A stretch of 64,000 nucleotides of DNA from a virus (Duplodnaviria; Caudoviricetes), in the IMG/VR virus record IMGVR_UViG_3300028903_000004, positions 32,001 to 96,000 of that record. One strand, 5' to 3'. The translations under genes and the position numbers were made by a program. Numbering within the stretch: position 1 is the first letter of the stretch; each line of letters begins with the position of its first letter. Under the pieces are notes generated by a model. That model did no database searches, was not told where the DNA came from, and saw nothing but the letters and a program-made list of their open reading frames with translations. Of this stretch, positions 10,218-20,290 are shown piece by piece.

Positions 10218-10637
10218 ATGATTAAAAAAGTAAAACAAGTTATTGTTTGGAGAAATGACCTGAAAGTTCGTAAAGGTAAATTAGCAGCACAAATAGCACA
10301 TGCCTCTACGGCATTATTACTTGATGCTATGAAAATAACCGAAAGAGGTGAACATGTTGGTGTTAAAATATGTCGGCGTTTATTAGAATTTAGGAAAGAT
10401 AGTCCATGGGATAAATGGATTAATGAAGGCTTTACAAAGATTGTTCTTGGCTGTGAAAATGAGAATGAATTGCTTGACTTATATGATAAAGCAAAATCAC
10501 AAAAAATTCCATGTGTTCTTATTACTGATGCTGGTTTAACAGAATTTAATGGGGTTCCAACTAACACTTGTATTGGAATTGGACCTTATTGGTCTGATGA
10601 TATTGATAAAATCACTGGACATTTAAAACTATTATAA
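10218..10637 (+). CDS. pth2: peptidyl-tRNA hydrolase Pth2
   Basis: KQVIVWRNDL..RKGKLAAQIAHA, ITDAGLTE, T..GIGP...IDKITGHLKLL. Confidence 0.92.
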   Translation: MIKKVKQVIVWRNDLKVRKGKLAAQIAHASTALLLDAMKITERGEHVGVKICRRLLEFRKDSPWDKWINEGFTKIVLGCENENELLDLYDKAKSQKIPCVLITDAGLTEFNGVPTNTCIGIGPYWSDDIDKITGHLKLL

Positions 10638-10638
10638 T

Positions 10639-11031
10639 ATGGCGACTAATTTAGATAAAACTGTTACTCGTGAATCAAAAGAAATTATTAAAGGTAGAAA
10701 TATTATAGTATCGATGACTGATGACCAAAAAATTTCAATGAAACTTAAAGGAATGAAATCAGGCACTGTTGATATTAAAATTAAAGATTTATATGAACAA
10801 TTAGCTGAAAGTTCGGATAATATTGAAGAATTGAATGAAAATGATAAAGATATGTTAATTTCAATAGACCATTCGATTAAAGAAAAGAAAAATAGTAATA
10901 ATCCTTTATTTAGTTTACATGATTTTAGGTCTCAGTATTTAATTTCACCAGATATACCCTTAGAAATTAAAGTAAAATTGGAAGGTATTATTGTTAGATT
11001 AATTGAAGAAACTAAAAAAGGTAAATTATGA
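10639..11031 (+). CDS. hypothetical protein
   Basis: ORF coupled to pth2. Confidence 0.65.
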   Translation: MATNLDKTVTRESKEIIKGRNIIVSMTDDQKISMKLKGMKSGTVDIKIKDLYEQLAESSDNIEELNENDKDMLISIDHSIKEKKNSNNPLFSLHDFRSQYLISPDIPLEIKVKLEGIIVRLIEETKKGKL

Positions 11032-11504
11032 TATTATATATTTTTTTTATGTTATTAATCATATTTTGTGTTAGTTTTTTATTTTATCGTTTACATAAAA
11101 TGAAAAATAAAAAACATATGACTTTAGGTATTATAACTCTTAAAATACCTGAAAGCGATAATAGCGATATTTATAATATTTCTAAGTGTGAATGTGTGGC
11201 TAAAATAAGACCTATTGGAATTTATTATGAAAACAACACAATGGAAATAGAAATTGTTGATATTATTAATTTTCGTAATAACACTAATAGAGATAAAGAA
11301 TATGCTAAAAATTACTTGAAAAAGAATTTTAAACTTATTCCGACTAAAATGGTTGTTTGGCAAATATATAGACCATTATTATTAATTGAAGAAAAAGAAC
11401 TTCATGATTTATTAAACAATAAAGAAATCACAATTAAAGATTCTATTATTCGACTATCAAAAAAATACACCCACGATGAATTAGTTAGAGTGATGGTTAA
11501 ATAG
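11028..11504 (+). CDS. membrane-anchored hypothetical protein
   Basis: N-terminal TM; ATGA overlap. Confidence 0.6.
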   Translation: MILYIFFMLLIIFCVSFLFYRLHKMKNKKHMTLGIITLKIPESDNSDIYNISKCECVAKIRPIGIYYENNTMEIEIVDIINFRNNTNRDKEYAKNYLKKNFKLIPTKMVVWQIYRPLLLIEEKELHDLLNNKEITIKDSIIRLSKKYTHDELVRVMVK

Positions 11505-12165
11505 AACTAGATGTTAGGTATTCTTTATATTTAAAATGTGGGTTAATCCATACTTTACCACCAGCTGCAATTTTACTAATATTATCTACTTTTAATAGTC
11601 TAAAGTCAATACCAGAACCACTATTTGCCTTTGGTTCGAAAAAACTTGGTCTAAAAAATTCTCCATATTTTTCTTTAATTTGAGCCATGCTAATTTCTTC
11701 TTTTATGTTCCCATTCTCGTCTAATACTTTTATTACCGATGATATTACTTTAGTTGGAATAATGGGTAATACTAGATTCCCAGATTTATCAAATTCAAGA
11801 ACTTTATAACCTTGAACCTTTTCGAATTCACCTTTTCTTTGTTGTATAATCCATTCAGGATTTTTTAATTCAACAGCTCTATCGTATGTTTGTCCAAATC
11901 TAAATTCATATTTTGTGAATTTTAGAAATTTTCCTAACATTGGATTGGTTTTTGGTTTTGCTAAATATACATCTAATGTAGATGTATAATTAACAGTAGC
12001 TATAGTGTTAAGTCTAGGGTCATTTTCAATGAAATTAAAAAAGTCTAAAATTTCATCTGCTTCTGTTAATAAATTTTCATTAATATAACCTTTTTGAATA
12101 AGAAAAGATTCCTCAAGTCTCTTATTCGCTGCTTCTATGTGTTTTATTTTATCAAATCGTCTCAT
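11497..12165 (-). CDS. late hypothetical protein with N-terminal leader
   Basis: ORF; ATATTTAT at 12181-12188. Confidence 0.7.
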   Translation of the reverse strand: MRRFDKIKHIEAANKRLEESFLIQKGYINENLLTEADEILDFFNFIENDPRLNTIATVNYTSTLDVYLAKPKTNPMLGKFLKFTKYEFRFGQTYDRAVELKNPEWIIQQRKGEFEKVQGYKVLEFDKSGNLVLPIIPTKVISSVIKVLDENGNIKEEISMAQIKEKYGEFFRPSFFEPKANSGSGIDFRLLKVDNISKIAAGGKVWINPHFKYKEYLTSSSI

Positions 12166-12313
12166 ATTTCTTTTTTATTAATAAATATCAAATATAATCT
12201 AAAATTAAATGTATATAAAATTCTATAAATAAATACTGCAATAATGTATAAATAACATGTATAACCAGTTTTTTTAAAAAATAATTAATATTTATTAATA
12301 AACATTTTATTAA

Positions 12314-12817
12314 ATGAGAAAAAGAATTAAAATATCTGAAAGTCAATTGAAATTGCTTCAATCAGTAACAGAAGAAACTCCAGATATGAAAAACTCTGTT
12401 AGTAAGGAAGAATTAACCGCTGAATATGATAAACTAGTTGAATATAAAAAAAATGTCTTTAATAAGATGGATAGGTATTATAATTTAATTACCAGTTATT
12501 CTATCAATGAAATCATTAAAAACAAAGAAGTCATAGCTAAATTAGATTTAATATATAAAGAAATAGAGAAAATCGAAGCAAATTCATATCAATTATCCAG
12601 TAAAATAGAAAATAAAACCGAAACTTTATCAGATGAAGAATTTGATAATTGGGGTAATAAACTTGAAATTAACGCTAACCGTATTAATAATGATATATGG
12701 TGGAAAAAAACAGCATTAGAGGATTTAATAAATATGATTAAAGACATGGTTGATGGGTATAATGAAAAAGAGATTGATAAATATTTTAAGGAAAATAATT
12801 TGGATATAAAAATATAA
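12314..12817 (+). CDS. late coiled-coil protein with MRKRIKISESQL leader
   Basis: ORF; ATATTTAT at 12288-12295. Confidence 0.7.
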   Translation: MRKRIKISESQLKLLQSVTEETPDMKNSVSKEELTAEYDKLVEYKKNVFNKMDRYYNLITSYSINEIIKNKEVIAKLDLIYKEIEKIEANSYQLSSKIENKTETLSDEEFDNWGNKLEINANRINNDIWWKKTALEDLINMIKDMVDGYNEKEIDKYFKENNLDIKI

Positions 12818-12832
12818 TTAAAAAAAATAATA

Positions 12833-12871
12833 AAAAAAATCCCGAATTATTTGGCAATTCGGGATTTTTTT
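12833..12871 (+). terminator. intrinsic terminator overlapping the next promoter
   Basis: atcccgaatt...aattcgggat stem followed by T run. Confidence 0.75.
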
Positions 12872-12898
12872 ATTATCTTTGTAGAAAATTTAGGAATT

Positions 12899-13435
12899 AT
12901 GAAAAACTTTTTTTTAATTTTAGCAGTCCTTTTAATAGGATTATTCAGTTGCAAGAAGAATGAACTGGAAGATTTCAATCAAACAACGATTGATACAACG
13001 AATCAAAATCCTCTTCTTATTTATGGAAGATGGAAACTCATAGACGGAAGAATGTATTTTCGTAATTTGGATTTAGCTGTGTGGTATAGTTGTGCCCATT
13101 TTGGACCAAATAGAACTACATCTTGTTTAAGATATTCTGGCTTTATATATGAAATTGAGTTAATTAAAAAGGATACAACTGTTTGGGAATTCAAGCCGCC
13201 TCAATCAACGCCATATTACGGGAAATTTATATTAAATTATGATTATCAACACCCTTACATGTTTTATGTGTACCATAAAAATTGGTCTATTATCCAGATA
13301 GGTGGTTCTTCAAGACCAATAAAAGTTTATAAGGTTTCAAATAATCAAATTATGATTCAAATTGAACAAGTTTATGAATCAATAAGAGGTTATAATTATA
13401 CATATTTTAGTGAATTACTATTTGAAAAAATATAA
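12899..13435 (+). CDS. lipoprotein (Bacteroidota-type signal peptide II, lipocalin-like)
   Basis: MKNFFLILAVLLIGLFS-C-KKNELED lipobox; GRWKL motif. Confidence 0.7.
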   Translation: MKNFFLILAVLLIGLFSCKKNELEDFNQTTIDTTNQNPLLIYGRWKLIDGRMYFRNLDLAVWYSCAHFGPNRTTSCLRYSGFIYEIELIKKDTTVWEFKPPQSTPYYGKFILNYDYQHPYMFYVYHKNWSIIQIGGSSRPIKVYKVSNNQIMIQIEQVYESIRGYNYTYFSELLFEKI

Positions 13436-13450
13436 ATATGGGATTTTTAA

Positions 13451-13888
13451 GTGAAGGAAAAAAAAGTAGAAAAACGCTTTGCTAAATTATTCAATAATGT
13501 TGAATTTTCTAGCGAATCGGATGATATTAATAAACACTTTGATTTAACTATAAAATATAAAGTGGATGTTAAGAGTTTAAAAAAGGTTTTAAGGAGTGAT
13601 GATGGTCCGAATGAAAATGTCCATTGGGTTGAATTGGTTAATGTTAATGGTGATAAAGGTTGGCTATATGGTGAGGCTGATTTTTTTGCATTTGAATTGG
13701 AAGAATATTGGGTAATTGTATCCAGAGAAAAGCTAATAAAATTAATCGAATCAAAACTTGTTAAGAAAGAAACTATCATTCCGATTAAATACCATTTATA
13801 TTCAAGAAAAAATAGAAAAGATAAATTAACATTAGTTAAAACATTAGATTTAATGTATATTTCTGAATGTATATTGAGGAAGAGATGA
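13451..13888 (+). CDS. PD-(D/E)xK nuclease-like protein
   Basis: HFD...VDVKS; WVEL.NV.G.KGWLYGEAD. Confidence 0.6.
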   Translation: MKEKKVEKRFAKLFNNVEFSSESDDINKHFDLTIKYKVDVKSLKKVLRSDDGPNENVHWVELVNVNGDKGWLYGEADFFAFELEEYWVIVSREKLIKLIESKLVKKETIIPIKYHLYSRKNRKDKLTLVKTLDLMYISECILRKR

Positions 13889-13928
13889 TTTAAAATATTT
13901 GTTAGTATTTATACTTAAATTTGGAGTT

Positions 13929-14927
13929 ATGAAAAAAATGCTATTAGGAATAGCGATAGGAGACGCTTTAGGAGTTCCTTATGAGTTTAAATCTAGGAAT
14001 GAGATGAAAATAAGTCCTTGTGTTGACATGGTTGGTAATGGTTCGCATAATCAACCTGTTGGAACATGGTCAGATGATACGTCACTAACACTTTGTACGG
14101 CTGAAGCAATAGCAGAAGGGTTTGATTTAGAAAAATTGGCAGACAAATTTGTTAATTGGAGATATAATAATTATATGGTTGCAGGCAGTGAAGTTTTTGA
14201 CGTTGGCCATACCAGTTCTTTAGGCATTAAAAATTTATTATATCGTAAAAAGAATAAAATGAAGCCTGAAGATTGCGGTATTTTGGATATGGGTTCTAAT
14301 GGTAATGGTGCTCTTATGAGAATAATGCCATTGGCTTGGTATATTTATCTAGAAAATAAAGAAAATAGGATGTTTAGAACCCATATGGAAAGGTTTAATT
14401 TCGTTTCAAAAGTTGCTAAATTAACACACGGTCATTTTATTTCATCAATGGCTTGTCATATTTTAGTGGAATTTGCAATTCAGTTAATACATAAAGGTCA
14501 TTTAATTGATAAAATACCTGTTGAACGCATGTGGCTTCAGACGGCATCGGTTTATAAAAATTTCATTGATTCTAATAAAGATGTTTTTGATGAAGATTAT
14601 ATTAAGATTTTTAACCGTCTTTTAAGTCCAAATTTTAAAGATTTGCCTATGGATAATATCTATGCTGGTGGATTTGTAATTCACACATTAGAAGCGGCTA
14701 TATGGTGTTTATTAAATACTTCTAATTATAGAGATTGTGTACTTAAAGCAGTAAATCTAGGAGAAGATACTGATACTACAGCAGGAATTGCTGGTGGATT
14801 AGCTGGTATTTTATATGGCGAAGAAGGAATTCCGAGTGAATGGAAAGAAAAACTTTTGAAAAGAGAATTAATTGAAAGTATTGGATATAAAATGTTAAAT
14901 TTTTTAAATGTTGAGGAAGAGTTATGA
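13929..14927 (+). CDS. ADP-ribosylglycohydrolase (DraG/ARH family)
   Basis: GDALGVPYEF, WSDDT, GNGALMR, AVNLGEDTDTTAGIAGGLAG. Confidence 0.92.
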   Translation: MKKMLLGIAIGDALGVPYEFKSRNEMKISPCVDMVGNGSHNQPVGTWSDDTSLTLCTAEAIAEGFDLEKLADKFVNWRYNNYMVAGSEVFDVGHTSSLGIKNLLYRKKNKMKPEDCGILDMGSNGNGALMRIMPLAWYIYLENKENRMFRTHMERFNFVSKVAKLTHGHFISSMACHILVEFAIQLIHKGHLIDKIPVERMWLQTASVYKNFIDSNKDVFDEDYIKIFNRLLSPNFKDLPMDNIYAGGFVIHTLEAAIWCLLNTSNYRDCVLKAVNLGEDTDTTAGIAGGLAGILYGEEGIPSEWKEKLLKRELIESIGYKMLNFLNVEEEL

Positions 14928-15226
14928 ATAAAAAAATAGTTGTTCCAACATATAAACAAATGAAACGAAATAAGTTTTATGCTCATTTAATAATTATTTT
15001 TGGATTTATTGTTCTTGCATGTAACGCCTTTATTTATCATAATTTTTTATTAATGATAATTTGGATGTTAGTTATATTTTTAAATGTTTTAAAGCTTCGT
15101 GTCATTGATGAAAAGATTGAATTAAGGGATTTAGTTAAGAAAAAATATGAAAATGATAATAACATTATATTGACTAGGGAAGAATTTGATGATATAATTA
15201 TGAAAGACCCAGATGTTTTAAAATAA
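14924..15226 (+). CDS. small two-TM membrane protein
   Basis: hydrophobic segments; ATGA overlap. Confidence 0.6.
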   Translation: MNKKIVVPTYKQMKRNKFYAHLIIIFGFIVLACNAFIYHNFLLMIIWMLVIFLNVLKLRVIDEKIELRDLVKKKYENDNNIILTREEFDDIIMKDPDVLK

Positions 15227-15467
15227 CAGGATTTATATTATTAGCATTAGTACCAAATACATTTTCTAAAATATCGAATAGCTCATAATAAAGAAGTTTT
15301 AAATCATTATTATCATTTATATAATATTTTTTATCTTCTTTACCAGTAAAACCGCTAGAAATGTAGATTCCACGCTTAAATCGTCTACTACCATCTTTTT
15401 TTAATTTAGTTATAGGAAAATGACGTTGTAGAAATTTTAACATCATCAATTTTAATTCTTCATCCAT
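15198..15467 (-). CDS. hypothetical protein
   Basis: ORF. Confidence 0.55.
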   Translation of the reverse strand: MDEELKLMMLKFLQRHFPITKLKKDGSRRFKRGIYISSGFTGKEDKKYYINDNNDLKLLYYELFDILENVFGTNANNINPVILKHLGLS

Positions 15468-15604
15468 TAATAAATTTATATTTTAATAAGATATATAGAT
15501 AACTATTTAAACATTGGCTTTTTATAGTAACAAGTATAAATATTTTTATTAATAAAATAAAGAATAATTTGTATATTTTTTAAAAAAGTAGTATATTTGT
15601 GCAT

Positions 15605-15931
15605 ATGGATGAACGTTTAAAAAATATGGTATTTATTAATATCTGTGAGTCTTGTTATGTTCATTATACGAAAAATAATACGTTATCTAATTTTCAAATA
15701 TGGTGTAATTACCATAAAAATTATATCTGTGGTAATATAAGCGGTAAAAATATTCCAAAAGAAATTATTAATCTTGAATTTGAAATTATTAAATATCTCG
15801 ATGAGATATATGGATTTTTAGATGATGAAGCATTAACACTTATTTATGAATTTTTTAAAGAAAATAAATGGGAAGAAGTATATGAAATAGCAAGATATAC
15901 TCTTTATTTGCAACAGCATCCTCATTTATAA
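15605..15931 (+). CDS. hypothetical protein
   Basis: ORF right after TATATTTG promoter. Confidence 0.6.
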   Translation: MDERLKNMVFINICESCYVHYTKNNTLSNFQIWCNYHKNYICGNISGKNIPKEIINLEFEIIKYLDEIYGFLDDEALTLIYEFFKENKWEEVYEIARYTLYLQQHPHL

Positions 15932-15977
15932 TTTTTTTTTTGCATCATTTATTTGATATTTATATCAAAATGGTTAT

Positions 15978-16310
15978 ATGAAAAAGAAGATAATGATAAC
16001 AGAAAAACAATTAAATATAATAATTGAAAATGAAACCATTCAAAACAGAATAGTTAAAACTATTGTTAATTATCTTAGAAATTATTATGAACCGATTATT
16101 GCCATTTTTCCTGATAAAAATGACTATACAACTGGTGGATTAATACATAATAATATTGATGGAACCACTCTTTCTCCTAAAGCATTAAAGGAACGTTTAA
16201 AATACAAATTTGGGGATTTAAGTGATGAATTTTTAGAACAAATCATTTCAGATTGGTTTAACGATAAAATCACTGATGATTATTTATTATCAAAACCAGT
16301 TTCAATGTAA
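15978..16310 (+). CDS. late hypothetical protein with MKKKIMITEKQL leader
   Basis: ATATTTAT at 15956-15963. Confidence 0.7.
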   Translation: MKKKIMITEKQLNIIIENETIQNRIVKTIVNYLRNYYEPIIAIFPDKNDYTTGGLIHNNIDGTTLSPKALKERLKYKFGDLSDEFLEQIISDWFNDKITDDYLLSKPVSM

Positions 16311-16376
16311 CAAAATATAATGAAAGTTTTAAAATATTTTTTTTTCATTTTTTAATTAAAAAAGTTTATTTGTTTT

Positions 16377-17411
16377 ATGCATGGAATTAATTTTAAAGTA
16401 AGTTATGTACCGACATTACCAGTTCAAGGGCATAATCCAAAATTAACAATATTTGGTGACACGATTAAAAATTTTAGTGTAAGATTTATAGATAAAAAAA
16501 CTGGTGCAACTTTTATTGGTAATTGTAAAACGAATGAGACAATAATCGGACAAAGACAATGGTTCACAGAATGGATTATTCAAGTTTTTAATGAAAATGG
16601 TGAATTAGTTTATTTAAATGAATTTGACCCAACATTTAAAACTGTTTTTGTTAAATTAGACGCGTATGCTCTTGGGGATAACATTGCTTGGATGCCGTAT
16701 GTCGAGGAATTTAGAAAAAAATATTATTGTACAATGATTTGTTCAACGTTTTGGAATGATTTATTTGAGGATGAATACCCAGAAATTTTATTCGTCAAAC
16801 CAAATACGGAAATAAAGAACGTTTATACTCAATTTTATATTGGAGCTAATGATAAAGAAAATATAAAATATTCTCCAATAACATCTAATAACAATCCGCT
16901 ACAAAAAATAGCTAGTGAAATTCTTGGACTTCCATTCATTGAAATTAAGCCTAAAATAACAATTCGTAATTCGCGATTTGAGAATTTTGGACCTAAATAT
17001 GTAACATTAAGTGAGTTTGGTAGTTCACCTAAAAAATCTTGGGGGAATTCTTGGCAGCCTATTGTAGATTATTTAAACAGTAAAGGATATAAAGTAGTTG
17101 TTATATCTAAAGAACCAACACAATTACAGAATATCATTGATAAGACGGGGGATGCACCAATTGGTGAAAGATTGTATGACATAAAACATGCAGTATTTCA
17201 TATGGGTGTAAGTTCTGGTTTATCTTGGGCGGCATGGGCTCTTGGTACTCATACATTAATGGTTAGTGATTGTACTCCGCATTATCATGAATTTCAAAGT
17301 AATATTACCAGAATAGGTACTAATATTAATGGTAAAGTTGATTACGAAAATTTTTCTACTACACCTACTGAAATTGTCCTCAAAGCGGTTGAAAAATTGT
17401 TATCTGATTAG
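16377..17411 (+). CDS. autotransporter O-heptosyltransferase-like (Aah/TibC, GT-B) glycosyltransferase
   Basis: ALGDNIAWMPYVEEFRKK and FHMGVSSGLSWAAWALG motifs. Confidence 0.75.
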   Translation: MHGINFKVSYVPTLPVQGHNPKLTIFGDTIKNFSVRFIDKKTGATFIGNCKTNETIIGQRQWFTEWIIQVFNENGELVYLNEFDPTFKTVFVKLDAYALGDNIAWMPYVEEFRKKYYCTMICSTFWNDLFEDEYPEILFVKPNTEIKNVYTQFYIGANDKENIKYSPITSNNNPLQKIASEILGLPFIEIKPKITIRNSRFENFGPKYVTLSEFGSSPKKSWGNSWQPIVDYLNSKGYKVVVISKEPTQLQNIIDKTGDAPIGERLYDIKHAVFHMGVSSGLSWAAWALGTHTLMVSDCTPHYHEFQSNITRIGTNINGKVDYENFSTTPTEIVLKAVEKLLSD

Positions 17412-17452
17412 ATATTTATGGAAAAATAACATCTCTTAAAATAGGGTGGGGT

Positions 17453-17776
17453 ATGAAAATTAATTCTAATCCTCAAATTGTTTATCGTTCTAATTTTCTC
17501 GATAAAATATACAATAAATTTGTATCCACTAACATAATAAAAAATGAATTAGATGAAGAAAAATGGGAGATATATAAATCATTATTTTCTTTATTTAAAA
17601 ATGAATATGCAAATATTGCTGAAGAAATTCAATATAGAATAACTGGTGGTGAAAATCCTAATAAAGTTTTTTTGGACATATTAAATAGAGAAAAAGACTT
17701 ACCGATTGAGATTTCTATGTATAAATCATCTCTTATTGATATTGAAAATAAAGAATGGATTGAAAAATTTTGCTAA
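17453..17776 (+). CDS. hypothetical protein
   Basis: ORF; late motif 17412-17419. Confidence 0.6.
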   Translation: MKINSNPQIVYRSNFLDKIYNKFVSTNIIKNELDEEKWEIYKSLFSLFKNEYANIAEEIQYRITGGENPNKVFLDILNREKDLPIEISMYKSSLIDIENKEWIEKFC

Positions 17777-17828
17777 AAAATTGACCTTTATTAAAAAATA
17801 TCGTATTTTTGTAGAAATAAATCTAATT

Positions 17829-19286
17829 ATGTACGATAACAAAAATAAATCACAAAATCGTCTAATTTTTTTAGCTAAAAAATTTGAAGTGTTTACTGAT
17901 GAAGAATTTGAAACAATTATAGAAAATAATAAGAATAATGAAGAAGTTAAGCTTTTTCCGATTAAAAACCATAATGATGAAATATTAGCAATTAAATGGG
18001 TTTACTTACCTAATAAAGAACGAAAAAGGAGTTCAATTAAAGTTACAATATCTATTCGTTTATTTAAATCAATGATATTTAGCGACCCAACTGAAAACAA
18101 AATGTTTTTGCATTGGATGTTGAATACTTTTGTAAGAATGATTAAAGATGATGAAATTAAATCAGCAATACAATTTGCTGATGAAGATTTAGATAATGCA
18201 AAGATTTATCTTCAATTATTTGAAGCGAACAAACGAAAGAAAAAGTTTAATGATTGGGCATTAAAAAATGAGTATCGTAAATGGAAAGCATATCACGAAA
18301 ATGGTACTATTAATGAATGGAAGGCTTTAAAATACGACCCTGCAGATATTAATCATTATAAATCATTGTCACAATTGTTTGATGCTATCGACCCTTTTAT
18401 TGAAAGAATACCATCAAATTTGGAGAGGGCGATGAATCATTTTGTATCAATTGGAGAAGCAGAAATTCCTTATAGAGATAGGAAATGGACAGTGTTTATT
18501 CCATTAACAAGAGATGCTAATGTTGTATTCGATAAATTTGCAGGTTGGTGTACTTCTAAACCAAATAATGGCATGTTTGAAAGATATACAGCTGGATATA
18601 AAAGACCTGATGGTAAAAACAGCACTATATATATTATAGTAAACAATAAAGTATTTGATGGAGAATCGAATGAATGTTATCAAATTCACTTTGAAAGTAA
18701 ACAAATTAAAGACCAAAGCAATGGTGAAAATGTTAATTTGTATGAATCAGTTTTTTCAACTAATGAGGGTATTAGAGAATATTTTCATTATGAATTGGGT
18801 AATTTAAGTAGAATGTTTAAAGGTGATATTAATGATAATTTTTATTTAGATTATTTAATTTCATTTGGTTATACAGAAGCTTTGTTTGATTGTCTTGATG
18901 AGAATATTCCTATACTTAAAATAAATGGAAGAGAAGTCCCTAAATTACCAGACATTTCTAAATTCAAAAAAGTAGACCAGTTATTACTTATTAAAGTAGG
19001 ATTACATGAACTTCATCCGTCTATTGGTGAATTAAGTAATCTTGAATTACTTTCATTGTCTTATAATAAATTGACGAAAATTCCTAAAGAAATAGGAAAA
19101 CTTAAAAAATTGGATTTTATTAATTTAAAAGGAAATCCGATTAAATATATTCCAGAAGAAATAGCAGAATTAGACCCTAGTAAAGGTGGGCGATTATTTA
19201 GAATCTCAATTGATTTTAATGACATTGGAGAGGCTAATTATAAAAGACTTAAAGAGCTATTACCTAATGTTATAATAGGAACTTAA
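17829..19286 (+). CDS. protein with C-terminal leucine-rich repeats
   Basis: LHELHPSIGELSNLELLSLSYNKLTKIPKEIGKLKKLDFINLKGNPI; N-terminal WCT-motif domain. Confidence 0.8.
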   Translation: MYDNKNKSQNRLIFLAKKFEVFTDEEFETIIENNKNNEEVKLFPIKNHNDEILAIKWVYLPNKERKRSSIKVTISIRLFKSMIFSDPTENKMFLHWMLNTFVRMIKDDEIKSAIQFADEDLDNAKIYLQLFEANKRKKKFNDWALKNEYRKWKAYHENGTINEWKALKYDPADINHYKSLSQLFDAIDPFIERIPSNLERAMNHFVSIGEAEIPYRDRKWTVFIPLTRDANVVFDKFAGWCTSKPNNGMFERYTAGYKRPDGKNSTIYIIVNNKVFDGESNECYQIHFESKQIKDQSNGENVNLYESVFSTNEGIREYFHYELGNLSRMFKGDINDNFYLDYLISFGYTEALFDCLDENIPILKINGREVPKLPDISKFKKVDQLLLIKVGLHELHPSIGELSNLELLSLSYNKLTKIPKEIGKLKKLDFINLKGNPIKYIPEEIAELDPSKGGRLFRISIDFNDIGEANYKRLKELLPNVIIGT

Positions 19287-19311
19287 TATAATAGCTAATA
19301 AAAATTAAATA

Positions 19312-19348
19312 AAAGCCTCTAATATTTATTTTAGAGGCTTTTTTTTTT
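19312..19348 (+). terminator. intrinsic terminator whose loop contains ATATTTAT
   Basis: aaagcctctaa-tatttatt-ttagaggcttt plus T run. Confidence 0.75.
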
Positions 19349-19374
19349 ATAATAATACTTAAAAATGAAGTTAT

Positions 19375-19845
19375 ATGAAATGGAAAAGAGTAAATCACGG
19401 TCCAATTAACGAACCTATAATAGAATACTTAGAAAAGTTGATTACAGAAGAAATTAAAAAAGGTAACAAATTAAAAGTAGCTATTGGAACCGATTCTCAA
19501 AAAAGAGGTAATGGATATAATTACGCTACTGTTATTGTTTTGGTTAGTGAAGGTAAAGGTGGTAAAATTATGGTAACAACTGAATATGATAAGAGAAAAC
19601 CTAGCATAACTGAACGTATGCTTAAAGAAGTATATAAATCAATTGAAGTTGCATATGAAATATGTCCTATATTAGATTTGTATAGAATTCCACTTGAAAT
19701 ACATGCAGATATTAATACAAACCCAAAATATAAATCAAATGTAGCTTTAAAACAAGCTATAGGATGCATTCAAGGCATGGGTTATGAATTTAAAGTAAAA
19801 CCAGATGCTTATGCAAGCACATCTTGTGCTGATAGTCTATGTTAA
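19375..19845 (+). CDS. YkuK-family RNase H-like protein (DUF458)
   Basis: IGTDSQ, RMLKEV.KS, EIHADIN, KPDAYA....AD. Confidence 0.85.
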   Translation: MKWKRVNHGPINEPIIEYLEKLITEEIKKGNKLKVAIGTDSQKRGNGYNYATVIVLVSEGKGGKIMVTTEYDKRKPSITERMLKEVYKSIEVAYEICPILDLYRIPLEIHADINTNPKYKSNVALKQAIGCIQGMGYEFKVKPDAYASTSCADSLC

Positions 19846-19953
19846 TCTTAAAATACTTAATTTTTTTTTTAGCGTTATTTTTTTTTTCTATATTAAGATA
19901 TATTTATAAATACAGACTATAACTATTATTACTTTTTTAAATAACTATTTAAA

Positions 19954-20172
19954 ATGGAAAAAAAAGAAACTAAACAACAATCTAAGGTTGTAAGAATCAA
20001 TGAAAGTGCTTTGGTAGATATAATTGAAAACATCGTAACTGAAGCTATTGCTGAAAAGAAAAAAGAATGGATTGCTGAACAAGCAAAAAAACAGGATGCA
20101 CTTATTGCTGAAAGAGTAGATAAAATATTAGCAGAAAAGCTTAAAAGTTTACTCGGAAGCAATAACAAGTAA
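19954..20172 (+). CDS. small late coiled-coil protein (VVRINESALVDIIENIVTE)
   Basis: ATATTTAT at 19900-19907. Confidence 0.7.
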   Translation: MEKKETKQQSKVVRINESALVDIIENIVTEAIAEKKKEWIAEQAKKQDALIAERVDKILAEKLKSLLGSNNK

Positions 20173-20199
20173 TTTTAAATATACATAAATAGGTTATAA

Positions 20200-20235
20200 A
20201 GCTTGAATGGTTTGCCATTCGAGCTATTCCTTTTT
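20200..20235 (+). terminator. intrinsic terminator
   Basis: agcttgaatgg-tttg-ccattcgagct then T-rich tail. Confidence 0.65.
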
Positions 20236-20290
20236 ATATATTTTTGTTTTTTTAATTGACATTATAGTTAATTTATAGTATATTTGTTGA

